DNA of 64,000 nucleotides from NCBI GenBank assembly GCA_040954595.2, contig CM082585.2, positions 5,481,808 to 5,545,807 on the forward strand, written 5' to 3'. The notes beneath the pieces were generated by a model, which was not told the origin of the DNA, did not search any database, and saw only the letters and a list, made by a program, of their open reading frames with translations. Each line of letters starts with the position of its first letter. Position 1 is the stretch's first letter. This stretch comes from Balanoglossus misakiensis. Taxonomy: Eukaryota > Animalia > Hemichordata. Positions 38,067 through 50,700 of this stretch are shown here, piece after piece. A program made the position numbers and the translations under genes.

Positions 38067-40138
38067 GAAGTCGAAAAATTGTCATTTTCGGATGATTTTC
38101 ATGAGCTATAACCCATGGTTTTTATCAAAAATCGAAGAAATTTTGAAATTCCGGGAAGTCGAAAAATTGTCATTTTCGGATGATTTTCATGAGCTATAAC
38201 CCATGGTTTTTATCAAAAATCGAAGAAATTTTGAAATTCCGGGAAGTCGAAAAATTGTCATTTTCGGATGATTTTCATGAGCTATAACCCATGGTTTTTA
38301 ACAAAAATCGAAGAAATTTTGAAATTCCGGGAAGTCGAAAAATTGTCATTTTCGGATGATTTTCATGAGCTATAACCCATGGTTTTTAACAAAAATCGAA
38401 GAAATTTTGAAATTCCGGGAAGTCGAAAAATTGTCATTTTCGGATGATTTTCATGAGCTATAACCCATGGTTTTTAACAAAAATCGAAGAAATTTTGAAA
38501 TTCCGGGAAGTCGAAAAATTGTCATTTTCGGATGATTTTCATGAGCTATAACCCATGGTTTTTAACAAAAATCGAAGAAATTTTGAAATTCCGGGAAGTC
38601 GAAAAATTGTCATTTTCGGATGATTTTCATGAGCTATAACCCATGGTTTTTAACAAAAATCGAAGAAATTTTGAAATTCCGGGAAGTCGAAAAATTGTCA
38701 TTTTCGGATGATTTTCATGAGCTATAACCCATGGTTTTTAACAAAAATCGAAGAAATTTTGAAATTCCGGGAAGTCGAAAAATTGTCATTTTCGGATGAT
38801 TTTCATGAGCTATGACCCATGGTTTTTAACAAAAATCGAAGAAATTTTGAAATTCCGGGAAGTCGAAAAATTGTCATTTTCGGATGATTTTCATGAGCTA
38901 TAACCCATGGTTTTTAACAAAAATCGAAGAAATTTCGAAATTCCGGGAAGTCGAAAAATTGTCATTTTCGGATGATTTTCATGAGCTATAACCCATGGTT
39001 TATAACAAAAATCGAAGAAATTTCGAAATTCCGGGAAGTCGAAAAATTGTCATTTTCGGATGATTTTCATGAGCTATAACCCATGGTTTTTATCAAAAAT
39101 CGAAGAAATTTCGAAATTCCGGGAAGTCGAAAAATTGTCATTTTCGGATGATTTTCATGAGCTATAACATATGGTTTTTATCAAAAATCGAAGAAATTTT
39201 GAAATTCTGGGAAGTCGAAAAATTGTCATTTTCGGATGATTTTCATGAGCTATAACCCATGGTTTTTAACAAAAATCGAAGAAATTTTGAAATTCCGGGA
39301 AGTCGAAAAATTGTCATTTTCGGATGATTTTCATGAGCTATAACCCATGGTTTTTAACAAAAATCGAAGAAATTTCGAAATTCCGGGAAGTCGAAAAATT
39401 GTCATTTTCGGATGATTTTCATGAGCTATAACCCATGGTTTTTAACAAAAATCGAAGAAATTTTGAAATTCCGGGAAGTCGAAAAATTGTCATTTTCGGA
39501 TGATTTTCATGAGCTATAACCCATGGTTTTTATCAAAAATCGAAGAAATTTTGAAATTCCGGGAAGTCGAAAAATTGTCATTTTCGGATGATTTTCATGA
39601 GCTATAACCCATGGTTTTTATCAAAAATCGAAGAAATTTTGAAATTCCGGGAAGTCGAAAAATTGTCATTTTCGGATGATTTTCATGAGCTATAACCCAT
39701 GGTTTTTAACAAAAATCGAAGAAATTTTGAAATTCCGGGAAGTCGAAAAATTGTCATTTTCGGATGATTTTCATGAGCTATAACCCATGGTTTTTAACAA
39801 AAATCGAAGAAATTTCGAAATTCCGGGAAGTCGAAAAATTGTCATTTTCGGATGATTTTCATGAGCTATAACCCATGGTTTTTAACAAAAATCGAAGAAA
39901 TTTTGAAATTCCGGGAAGTCGAAAATTTGTCATTTTCGGATGATTTTCATGAGCTATAACCCATGGTTTTTAACAAAAATCGAAGAAATTTTGAAATTCC
40001 GGGAAGTCGAAAAATTGTCATTTTCGGATGATTTTCATGAGCTATAACCCATGGTTTTTAACAAAAATCGAAGAAATTTTGAAATTCCGGGAAGTCGAAA
40101 AATTGTCATTTTCGGATGATTTTCATGAGCTATAACCC
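38067..40138. repeat. 88-bp tandem satellite, ~23.5 highly homogeneous copies
   Basis: Unit gaagtcgaaaaattgtcattttcggatgattttcatgagctataacccatggtttttaacaaaaatcgaagaaattttgaaattccgg; tcgaaaaatt recurs at 38071, 38159 and onward. Confidence 0.98.
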
Positions 40139-40779
40139 AAGACAGTAATTTTGTGTCCTGATTTAAGACATTTCAAACCGATGGTTATATTCTTAAGTGC
40201 ACAAAACGTTAATTTTTTAAAGGTGGACCATGAGAATTTTTTAAAGGTGGACCATGAGAAATTTGGACAACTGTGAAATTGATTTTTAAAAAAATCCATG
40301 ATACATGTATTGACATCCATATCATTAAGTAATTATCCAAGAAAACAAAAACTGCAAACTGAGTCACTTTGTGTGCTGATTTCAGATTTCATAATATCTA
40401 CCTAAGTGTCATATTCTTAATTTTAATGGTTCACTAACTTAGAAATTTAGGTGTACAAGAGTGACTTTGATTTAAAATTAAATCATTGAAGATTTTGACA
40501 AAATCTATTAAAACTGAATTGAATTTAGCCAATATCGTTCAATTATGCAAGAATTAAAATCCGCAAACACCAATTTTGATTTAATTCAGACATGATGTCA
40601 AGCTCTGCGTACAGGTCTGTGTGCACAGTGAGAATCACATCACAACAGAATCACAACAGACCTGTATGCATAATGCAGAGTAGCTGCAATAATTGTAGCT
40701 CTTGTTTTTTCTGTTGGGTTTGCGAAAAAAAGAGCTACAATGCCTACATGTGTACGTGCCTATTGAAAATCTCCGTATC

Positions 40780-41900
40780 ATAGACTTCACGTGAAATCAA
40801 ACCTCACCGGACCTCACCGGGTGCAAATCGCGACTTGCGAACCCCTGGGATATTAATCGTTCCTAACATTCAAACAAAAGTACGAAAATCCACTTGAAAA
40901 CGTCAATAACTGTGATATTTGCTGAAAATTGACCGGGCAGCCTGTCTCTCGTCAGCCATCTTTGATCTCGTTTCTTACCACGTGATCTAAAGGCTTCCTC
41001 CGCGTAGTAGATACATAGACTGAGCAAGATCTCGTATAAACACGGTCACCAAGATGGCCGCCAAGTTTGAAAACATTGGCGATATTTTACGGATTTCGCT
41101 ATTTTCCTGTACAAACTGTGACATCGGTACTAAATTCTACTCGAAAGCTACGTTTAAAAGCTCGATGGTATGAAATATGCCTGATTTTTGAGGAGGTAGG
41201 CGGAATTTTGACTGATATAGATATATGTGTAGTAACTTCCGGTGCGCGACAATAATGTCGCGCAAATTTCTATTAGTCGACGCCATCTTAGACCTGTAGC
41301 GGTTCCGCCAAGATATCGTCAAAATGTCAAAAAAAGGCCTAGATATCGTCAAAATGCCAAAAGAAGGCGGAAAACGCTACAGTTACTGCAGTTAAATGCA
41401 GAGCTAACATGATGTCTAGACAAAATGTCACTTCATATATTAATCATACAAATGCTAGCTAGCGTAGCAAGAGTAGTCGAAGGACTCAGCACTTAATATG
41501 AATCCAATACAAGTTGTAAATTATAACGTATTACATACTAGTATTAGTCAAAAATGGCACGGAATCGCTTTACCATACCTTATTGGAAGAATGCACGTGT
41601 TCTTTTCATGCCCATGGGCGCCGCCATGTTGTTTTGTCATTTTGACGACTTCATTTCGAGAAACCAATGCAATATCTTGCTGTAATTCTTCGTAAATCCT
41701 TCTAAGATACATTTCGACGACAAGACTTACAATGACGGTCGGAAATTCAGTTGGAAAGTGGGCATTTAAACGCGTTTCAAGTCAAATCATTCCACCAGTA
41801 CCCCCGGAGCACTCAGCAGTCGCCATCTTGAAAAACGCCACCACGCGGGCGAATTAAGAAATCTCTCGAAGTAACCATGTACAGTACACCGCCAACGTCA
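40780..41900. promoter_or_regulatory. CpG-enriched promoter-like region
   Basis: Locally high CpG; several YY1-like motifs (gccatctt ~40955, aagatggccgcc ~41051, cgccatctt ~41281 and ~41821, cgccatgtt ~41622) and ETS-like acttccgg at ~41235; lies just beyond the likely myosin poly(A) signal (tttatt 42005-42010). Confidence 0.55.
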
Positions 41901-42626
41901 GCACTCAGAAAACAAATTAGTATACTATGTCCGTTTTTGTCGCATAACTCATTGTGATATTAATAATAACAGATGATATGATACATTTATGTATTGAGAA
42001 AATGTTTATTTGCTTCAGTAGACTGATTAGCCATATTGTACAGATTCATGATCATAGAATGTACAAATTCAAATAAAATTGAAGTCCTGTGTATAAAGAA
42101 TGTCAGAAATTGTACAATTGCATATTTTACAGAATATTATTACAATTTAGAGAAACACACCACTGATGGTCATTCCTGTACAAATATGATTTGTTGTATG
42201 TGCAAGACACACAAAAATATTCAAGTTCTGCCAGATATTTGTTTGAGAGAAAAAATTGATAGCACAATAATCGATAGTCCCATATAAACACTGATCCAGA
42301 ATCAGTTTGAAATTTGATACAATTTCATTAATTGAATAGAAAGAGATAGAAAACGCATGAAAATCTGTACAGTTTGGTTGCAGTAAAATACTGACTACTG
42401 GTAAATGCAATGCTTTGACAGAAATACAAAGAATTCTTTTCAGCTTGAAGAGATTTATGTAAATAGAAAATGCAAAATTAGAATACGCTTACAGTTAGTT
42501 TTCAAATCCCCGATAAATTTGTCCCGAAAGAGATATGTATCCATAAAACACATCCTGAATGAGTACGAATCCCACCGGTAATTTAAGTTGCAGTGTTTTT
42601 TTTCTCCAAAAGATCGGTACCGTATT

Positions 42627-42843
42627 TATCTCTCAGAATCCTACACATGAATCTGAAATAGTTTTGGTCTACAACAACCAAAACGATAAGAGCAGATAAG
42701 GTATTTTTACATGACAAATGACGTAAAGATAAATATCTCTCAGAATCCTACACATGAATCTGAAATAGTTTTGGTCTACAACAACCAAAACGATAAGAGC
42801 AGATAAGGTATTTTTACATGACAAATGACGTAAAGATAAATAT
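42627..42843. repeat. Perfect 107-bp tandem duplication
   Basis: tatctctcagaatcctacacatg...acgtaaagataaa starts at 42627 and again at 42734. Confidence 0.95.
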
Positions 42844-44708
42844 GATCTGCAGAAGACCTGCCCTTTCTATGACTAATCGCAAGTTACAAAGCTATAGCAT
42901 TACAATATTAAAATTAATAAAGAAATACATGTATCTATATTATAGAAATTCACAGAAATGATCCATCACTAGTAATAAAAGTTAATATATAAGCATTTTC
43001 TCGATTTTTTTATTGCAGTTGAATATCTCACACCAAATTATTACGTTCGACCGATATTACAAATTTGAAACTTTACAAAAATATTCACCTTGATATAATA
43101 CTTTATGGTTGAATACTGTACACATTAAAAGTAGAAAAGCACTTATTTTTGTCATGATACTGAAAGTTGAAAATCCTGTATTTGTGGTCAATAAAATTCA
43201 CCTTACAATAACCTCAGAGTAAAAATCCAACATTTTCAAAATTTTATAACTATTATTTAATTGTACAGTGTACATGTGTGTATTCTTTTGGCATGACTTA
43301 ATACAAACTATGAGTATAGACTACACTTGTACTAATATCACAGCTCTGAGCCAATCACAGTATCTATCTCATTTCAAATGCAAAAAGTCTTATTGCCATA
43401 ACAAGAGCTGTTCATTGATTGGTTTATTCTACAATACAAAAAACACCAGATGCATTAATGAGCACATTTCTTTGGATTCAAAAATCTGATAAAAGTTTAT
43501 TACAAATTCTGTTCATATCATATGAGCGCCTCTAGTATACATGTATCTCCAATATATATTATTTTTTCATAAAAGTTCTGTCATATTAGAATGTTAACAA
43601 AACCCATGTAATATCCTCGTCACCACAAATATTTCATATTTTCAGATAAGAAACTTTCAATATCACATAAGGCACACACAGTACTGTACAAAAAAACAAT
43701 CTCTCCTTTCGGAGAATTTCTGATTGCAGAATACATTAAAGGCACACATAGTCAATCTGCACGAACAGAAAAATAAGCTCGCACTGTTATAAATGCTGTT
43801 GATCAAATACTTGTTGAGTTGTTCAATGCTTGATAGCTAGCTCCCTAGCCTGGAAATTCCACAAGACACAAGTTAATAAAAACACTGATGTAAATGACAG
43901 TTGTTTCTTTGTGATTATGCAAATTAGCACACTTGTCTGGAAAAAATTAGACAATATTACAATGATTTATCTGTAGGTATTAAAGTCAGCACATGTAAGA
44001 GAAAATAAAATACTTTTTGTTAGCTAAATTTTAATATCTACCGTTCTATCAATCCTGCCTCCATGCCTAATACACAAACTATATCTCATCTACATATTTC
44101 TATTTATCTGCTGGCTTTTGCTATGAACCCTGTTACCCCTCATTTCCTATATATGTGTGAACCCATGTATCTGATGGCAATGGGGGTTTGACCAAGTTGT
44201 AGTGAATACAGGGGTGTGCACCCATGTTAATGTCAGTTTTCCCCCCTGCGACTTTCACATTTTCCAAAAGAAAGAAGCAAAGCTTTAGGCACATGTGGGA
44301 CAATATTCAGGCCACCTTCCACGGTGAATCTACAGAGGACCCCATAAAATCAGATGTAGGGTACGGCCAGGCCAATCAGATTGAACGTTACATCTATCTA
44401 CACTGAAGGATGCCTGAAGGCACCTTCTGATTGGTTGACTGGCCCAGTAAAGCCAGAGAATTTGAATGGGAGCTTCTATGGGAGTTGGTCAGGTGTAGTG
44501 TGTCAAGGCAACAGTCGCTGTACCCTACATCTGATTTGAATCAGATTGCAGAGGACCAAGAGGTCCGACTGCTTCATGAGAAACAACAGGACTGAAACAA
44601 TGTATGGGACCTGTCCACTTCATCACAACTTATTCTACGAAGACAGCAAGGGACACACATCTAAACCGACAAACTTAACAAGAGGACCTTATTCCGACAG
44701 TCGCCGAC

Positions 44709-47700
44709 TCAACTCGGAAGCTCCGACCTCTTCTTGATGATAATCTTCCTCTTCCAAGTGGGCATGGCTTGCAACCTGGCCGCTTCTTCCGCCTGTCGCT
44801 TCTTCTCCATTTCAACCGGAGCGTTCGCCTCCTTTTCCTTCCGCTCCTTATCCTCCAGCAGTTTCCGCTTCCACTCCGGAAGACCTTCCCATCGCCTCTT
44901 CGCTTCCTCGTTCTCTTTAGCAGAGTTGGACTGCTGTTGCTATGGCGCAAAAAGAAAACAAAATCAATCAAATCATCAAGTCTTCAGACTTCCACACAAA
45001 TTACAATATGGCACCTTTGATAACATTCTTTCATTTGTAATCCACACAGAGAAAGAAAATCTTGTTACAAATTTGGTAGATATATTCCACTACTCTTCCA
45101 TGTAGCCATATAGAAAATAACATTTACATTGTTTCATTTCTTGTTGTTTACCTGTTGTATACGGTAGGTTTTATGATGGCAGACAAGGAATTTATCAAAG
45201 GTGCCTAGTGATTATTAATATTACAAATTTGACGTAAAGCTGTTCACTTAAAAGCAGATTTAAATTACTGCAAATTTAAATGAGTTATGTGGTAGTGTCT
45301 AGATATCTAAACTATGGCAATGTGCATAGGACAGTTTCCCCCTGGACATGTACTTTAATACTCTGACCACATCTCTAACCCTAGTCTTAACTGGTGGGTG
45401 GGGCATGTCCAGGGGGGTGACAACCCTTATACCAGCAATGGCAGTAAACATAACTCGCACTTGTAGCCAATGTGGTGCCTATTCACCAACCATTAATGAG
45501 ACATCAAATAAAACACACTTTACCATTGTCCCCATTACAATAAAAATTACAGCTTTAATGCTATGATGACGCAATACAGGAACAACAACACATAAAGTTG
45601 AGATGACACTTTGACAAACAAACATACATATATGAAAGAATGAGATGTGCATAAAGCTGACATAGAAGGATCTATACCTCACGACTGGTGGTGATTGTCT
45701 GTGTTTAGTTGGGTGGAATTGACAGAAAAGAAAGGATTAGTTACAACTGGAAAATAGTAACCACGGTGATATAGCAACAAAGAGACAAAAATAACAACAT
45801 CATACCACAAATAACAAAAGATGAAAATAAAATACATGTACTCTAATTTCTCAAATTCTGAATGTTATGCTTGTCTGTTTTTACCGTCCTCACATACATA
45901 AAGAAATCGTGAGATTTTAATCCATACTAAATTGAGACAGTACTGGTCGACAGGGAAAGGAGTATAATGTATGCCCATAGATTAAGTGCCCTGGGTATGG
46001 CAGTTAGACACAAACCGCAATGAACAAAGAATGTGACAGAGCAAAGTAACAGCTGAAAAGTTATAGGCATATATACCGAAGGTTAGATAATTTACTCAGT
46101 GACCATTTTATTGTCAGCCTACCTCAATTTCTTTATTTTTTCTGGCGAACAGCGCCTTCTTCCACTCTGGCATACTGTCAGAGATCGCAATCTTCTCCGC
46201 TTTTGGTGGCGTTTCGGTCGGCGTGGCCGTCCGGCTCGTTGTGGAGAACGGCGACGACGCTGCGCTGGCCGTCGGCGATTTCTTCGGTTTTGAAGCGACG
46301 GGCGGGGGCGGCTTCTTCAGCGTTGACGGGGGTGTGTCGCCGGGTGTGGTCAGCGTCGTGGTGCTGTCCGGATCGGTCTCTATCTCGTCGTCCGTGCTCT
46401 TGTCCAGACTTGTGGAGTCCGTGTCTTGCTCGCTGCAACTGCTGTCCGGATCAGCATCTACACCTGCGATGACACAAATCAACAAACATACAATAATATC
46501 ATCAAACTTTCCATTTGAACGTAATATCAGGTTGTCAGGGTACACAATGTAGAGTCAGAAAAGCTTTGCAGATTTTCCCCATATAATCATGATAATGTCA
46601 ACATCAGTGCACACTGCAATATTTGCATGTTTACAACAGTTACCTACCTAGTATTAAACTACTCTGAGGGATACAAAACATTTCTTAAAGTTGGCCTAAA
46701 AGTATCACATATAAATGCATTCAAAGCTGCCTTTGACAATACCTTATCTTCTGTTCTATGCTAACTATTTTACTTTTAATATCCTACTCTTCATGTGTAA
46801 ACTGGACATGTTATCTTTCTTACCTCGACCTCCATGTATTTCATCAAATAATCTTCCATTCGTTCGTCGGAGTTTCACACCCATCTGGATTTCTTTGAAC
46901 AAGGCAGACTGACTGTCAGTTTTCGGTGGTACATTCACTTTGGCATCACCTGGAAAGTAAAAGACCAACAAACAAATTAACACTCCTTTCGTGATTGTCC
47001 CTGATTTACACATGTACAAAGATGATATTGAAGAATAACATTGGAGAAACATGCTTTTATAGCAAGTGGAATGAGAAACAATAGTCGATAAACAGAATGG
47101 CAACTCTGAACAAATATTATCAAAAGTTGAAGTTACTGTCCCTTCTAAGAAAGCCAGTATAGAAGTACATGTATATACAGATTATAAGAAGGGCCTTGTC
47201 AGTGAATGTAAGGGGGGAGGGGTACTCACTTTTCTTTTCTGCCTTCTTCAACGTCACTGCGGACAGACCAGCAAGCAAGCCGCCAGGTTGTGATGAGCCT
47301 GGTGGTGGTGGGGGTGGGGGACCTGGGGGTGGAGGGGGAGGTGGGGCCAGTGAACTGTAGGGAGGGGGGCCTTGACCTGGTGGGAGGGACTGGGGAGGGG
47401 CTTGTCCTGGTGGTGGGGGAGGGGGAGGGGCTTGGCCAGGTGGTGGGGGAGGGGGTTGACCTGGTGGTGGGGGAGGGGGAGGAGCTTGACCTGGTGGTGG
47501 GGGAGGGGCTTGTCCTGGGGGTGGAGGGGGTACCATCTGTGGAGGGGGTGGAGGAGGTATATGAGAAGGAGGAGCAGGGGCAGCTGTAACAGGAGGGGGA
47601 GGGATGGACTGAACTGGGGGAGGAGAAAGCGCACCAGGTATCTGGACGAATATATTCTTCGGTGGGGGAGGGGGTTCAATCTCAGGAGGAGGGGGGATGG

Positions 47701-50700
47701 CGCCAGAATAGAAGGGTTCGTGGATTACGGCATATACGTCCTCTTCCGGCTGACCTGTGCTCTTCTTCGCTGCAGCTACAAGATGCGCCCCCCTTGCCAC
47801 TGTTGGAGGAGGGAGGTCATAATCTGGTGGGGGGAGAGGGGGTCCTGTTATCACCGATTCATTGTCAATGACTGAACTCAGCCGGGTTTTGGGATCTCGT
47901 CGCGGGGGTGGCGGCTTCACTTTGACGACGGCTCCCCGGTTCGCTTCAAGGTTCGTCCGTACGGCGGTGGGGGCGACCACGTGCGAAATATCCGGTTGCG
48001 AGGACCACCTCTTCTGCGCGTTTTCGTTCGGCGCACTTTCAAACTTACTGCGCAGATCCGTTAGGGGGACAAGGTACTCCATGCCGGCAGGAGTCGATTT
48101 CCGATAGTCCTGCTTGACGTCCGTCGTAAATTTCGTGCGCGCGGCGGAAATGTTCGTGTACGCCCCAGCTTCGACGTCCGCCATCGGGGGAGGGCGCGGA
48201 AAGCTCCCTCGGGCGACTATGACACCTCCTACAGGTACGTCTGGCGGGGGAGGTGGGGGGACGTCCTTGTAGCTGCCCTCCCGGCTGGGCGGAGGGCGCG
48301 GGAAGCTCCCCTGCGCGGTGATGACGCCTCCCACGGGTACGTCCGGAGGAGGGGGCGGGGGAACGTCCCTGTAGCTGCCGGCGCGATTCGACGAAACCAC
48401 GCCTCCCATCGATTGGTCTTCGCGCTGGGGAACCGTCTTTGTGGGACTCGGCGGCAACAGAGACGCCAACAGAGTGTCTGCCTCCTGGGGGGTCGGCGGC
48501 GGCCGTATGTCGCGTATCGATACCTGGTTGCGGCTCAGATTCCCCGGTGGTAGGACGCGGGTATCATCGTAAATATTTCCCTCCTGCAGATGTTGTGCAG
48601 CTGCCTCAGCATTGGAAGACTGGGAAGTTGCGTTTGTATAGATGTGATTGCTCGACACGTCCGGCGGCACGTTGTAAATCCTCTCTTTTGAAACAGCTGG
48701 AATTGTCACTTTTCCCCTCCTAAAGAAAATAAAAATAAAAATTTAGAGATTACACCGACAACCTGTACCTTGATTTAAAGGGACAAATTTGGACCACAAT
48801 ACTTGGCTGTATGGTACATTTAACATCAGGTTTGGCAAAACAAATACTGAACATTCCAAAATCTCTTCCTGTATAATAAACTTTTATCAATAAACAAAAA
48901 TTGAGAGTTACAAATTCTTTAAAAGCGACAACCACAGTATCCAAAGTACACACAGATGGTTGTCCAGACGAAGTGTATTACGCGCAAAGCATTTTCTAAG
49001 AGCCACACTCCAGGGTCATTATATACTACGACCCCACAAAACCCTAGACTGCATCTGAATGAACTTCACCGATGAAAAAGAAAACCAGTCGAAATTTGAG
49101 ATGCGTTCTCAAAAAAAACCCAGAATAACACTTACAAACCAAGACACACATAAACAATTACAGCTGGACACATGCCCTAGGGACAGCATCAGACATTTTT
49201 ACCGAAGACAGGCAATAACACAACCGACACATTTCACACACAATGGACGCATGCTGGTTTTATGCCACACTCACTGGACAATTGGACACAGTATGGTATT
49301 GATTTTTTCATTATCTGCGACACCGACTGAGACAAGCCATTGTTTGATCCCAACCAGACCGCATTATCTAAATCTTAGTAAAATCAAACTCATTTATATT
49401 TTTGTAATCCATTGATTTTTTTGTTTCAAATCACATCTGTGAACAAAAGTCAGTTTCGAGAAAAAAATTAAAAAATTTATTCCAAAATGTCACACTTCTG
49501 GTTGTATGCATACGAAATATTGAAACTCTGTACTGAAAACCAAAACAATTTTCACACTGTGTGTGTACTTGCTCAGGGCCGATCACTCTGATTCAGTTAC
49601 CAATTATCTGGTATAAAAGTCTGACATTAGGTCAAGTATTTCGCCCAATTTCAATGTAGTTGAACTGGTGTCAAAGGTCAACACCTTGACCTCTACTTTC
49701 CAAATACTAAACGTTATAACGCCCAAAACCCTCCTCACCTGATATTCTCTTCCTCCTCCTCTGCGATCTCAATCAGCTGCCTCTCCAGGCTCCTCGCCAA
49801 GTCCAACTCGTTCAGATAATCCAGCTCCTTCGCGATCGGCGTGTGTATCTCCTCGATCTCCGCCAGAAACTTGCTGACGAACATCTGCTGCCTCCTGATG
49901 AGTGAACGACGGCGTCGGATCGTGCTCCTACCCAGAAATCCTCTGACCACTGTTGCCAAACAAGAGAACAAACACAGAATTATGTTGATGTTAAACGATA
50001 ATTTAAATTTCATGACAGTGCCACACCTGAGTAACTAAAACGTCCAGTGAAATCACTCAAAATGGTCATGTGACGGTTTCCCGCCAAAATTCAGACTGCG
50101 AAAAAAAGTGCACACATTTAGTTTAAGAATGTATTGCAAAGATAAACAGGAAAGGTTTATTTTAAGGAACACACAAACGCTTTTGTGAAATGTGGGGAAA
50201 ATGTTGCTAGTTTAATGGTAATGAAGGGTTGGTTCTTGCAAATATTTGCTGACACAACAAATTGTGTGAAAAACAAAAAAGGGGTACTGGGTTTATGATA
50301 ATCTGAAACACCGATGCAAACATGAACTCCAAGAAAGCAAACACACTTTTTGAAAAAACTGGCAAACATTTGGCAAGTCCCTGCTTTTCACTTCCACTGA
50401 AAATTATTAAACTCACCTTTCTGACAGACAATCACTTTCCTCTCTGCCTGGCTGCAAATTTGGTTCAATTTCTCCACGTGCCAGTACTTGAGAAACACCT
50501 TCGTTCTTCCGACCTATCCCATCAAAACAGATGCATTTTTTGAGTTAGAACTGTTGTTGTGAAACGTAACACAATAAACAAATCTCTGAAACAAAAATCT
50601 TCCACCCCTCAAAAATATCATCCACCTTTTGGCATTGTGCTTTATTTTAAAATTAGCACTGGCATTTCTCCCATACCTTCCATAATTGTTTTGAATACAA

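Larger units (their letters stand above)
34075..41000 (-). ncRNA. Putative spliced long non-coding transcript
   Basis: Minus-strand donor ccg|gtgagg at 40807/40817, exon 37797-37950 (ttttctgtag...aag|gtaaac), exon 35048-35112 (ttgtag...aa|gtaagt), terminal exon from 34405 (tttttatacccag) with AATAAA at 34093-34098; no ATG-initiated long ORF. Based on splice signals only. Confidence 0.35.

Noticed and set aside
38067-40138. CRISPR-like array
   Set aside because: Units are contiguous near-identical repeats with no unique spacers, there are no cas genes, and the context is eukaryotic.
47169-48107. Gly/Trp/Val-rich plus-strand ORFs and G-run clusters
   Set aside because: Shadows of polyproline codons in the myosin tail.
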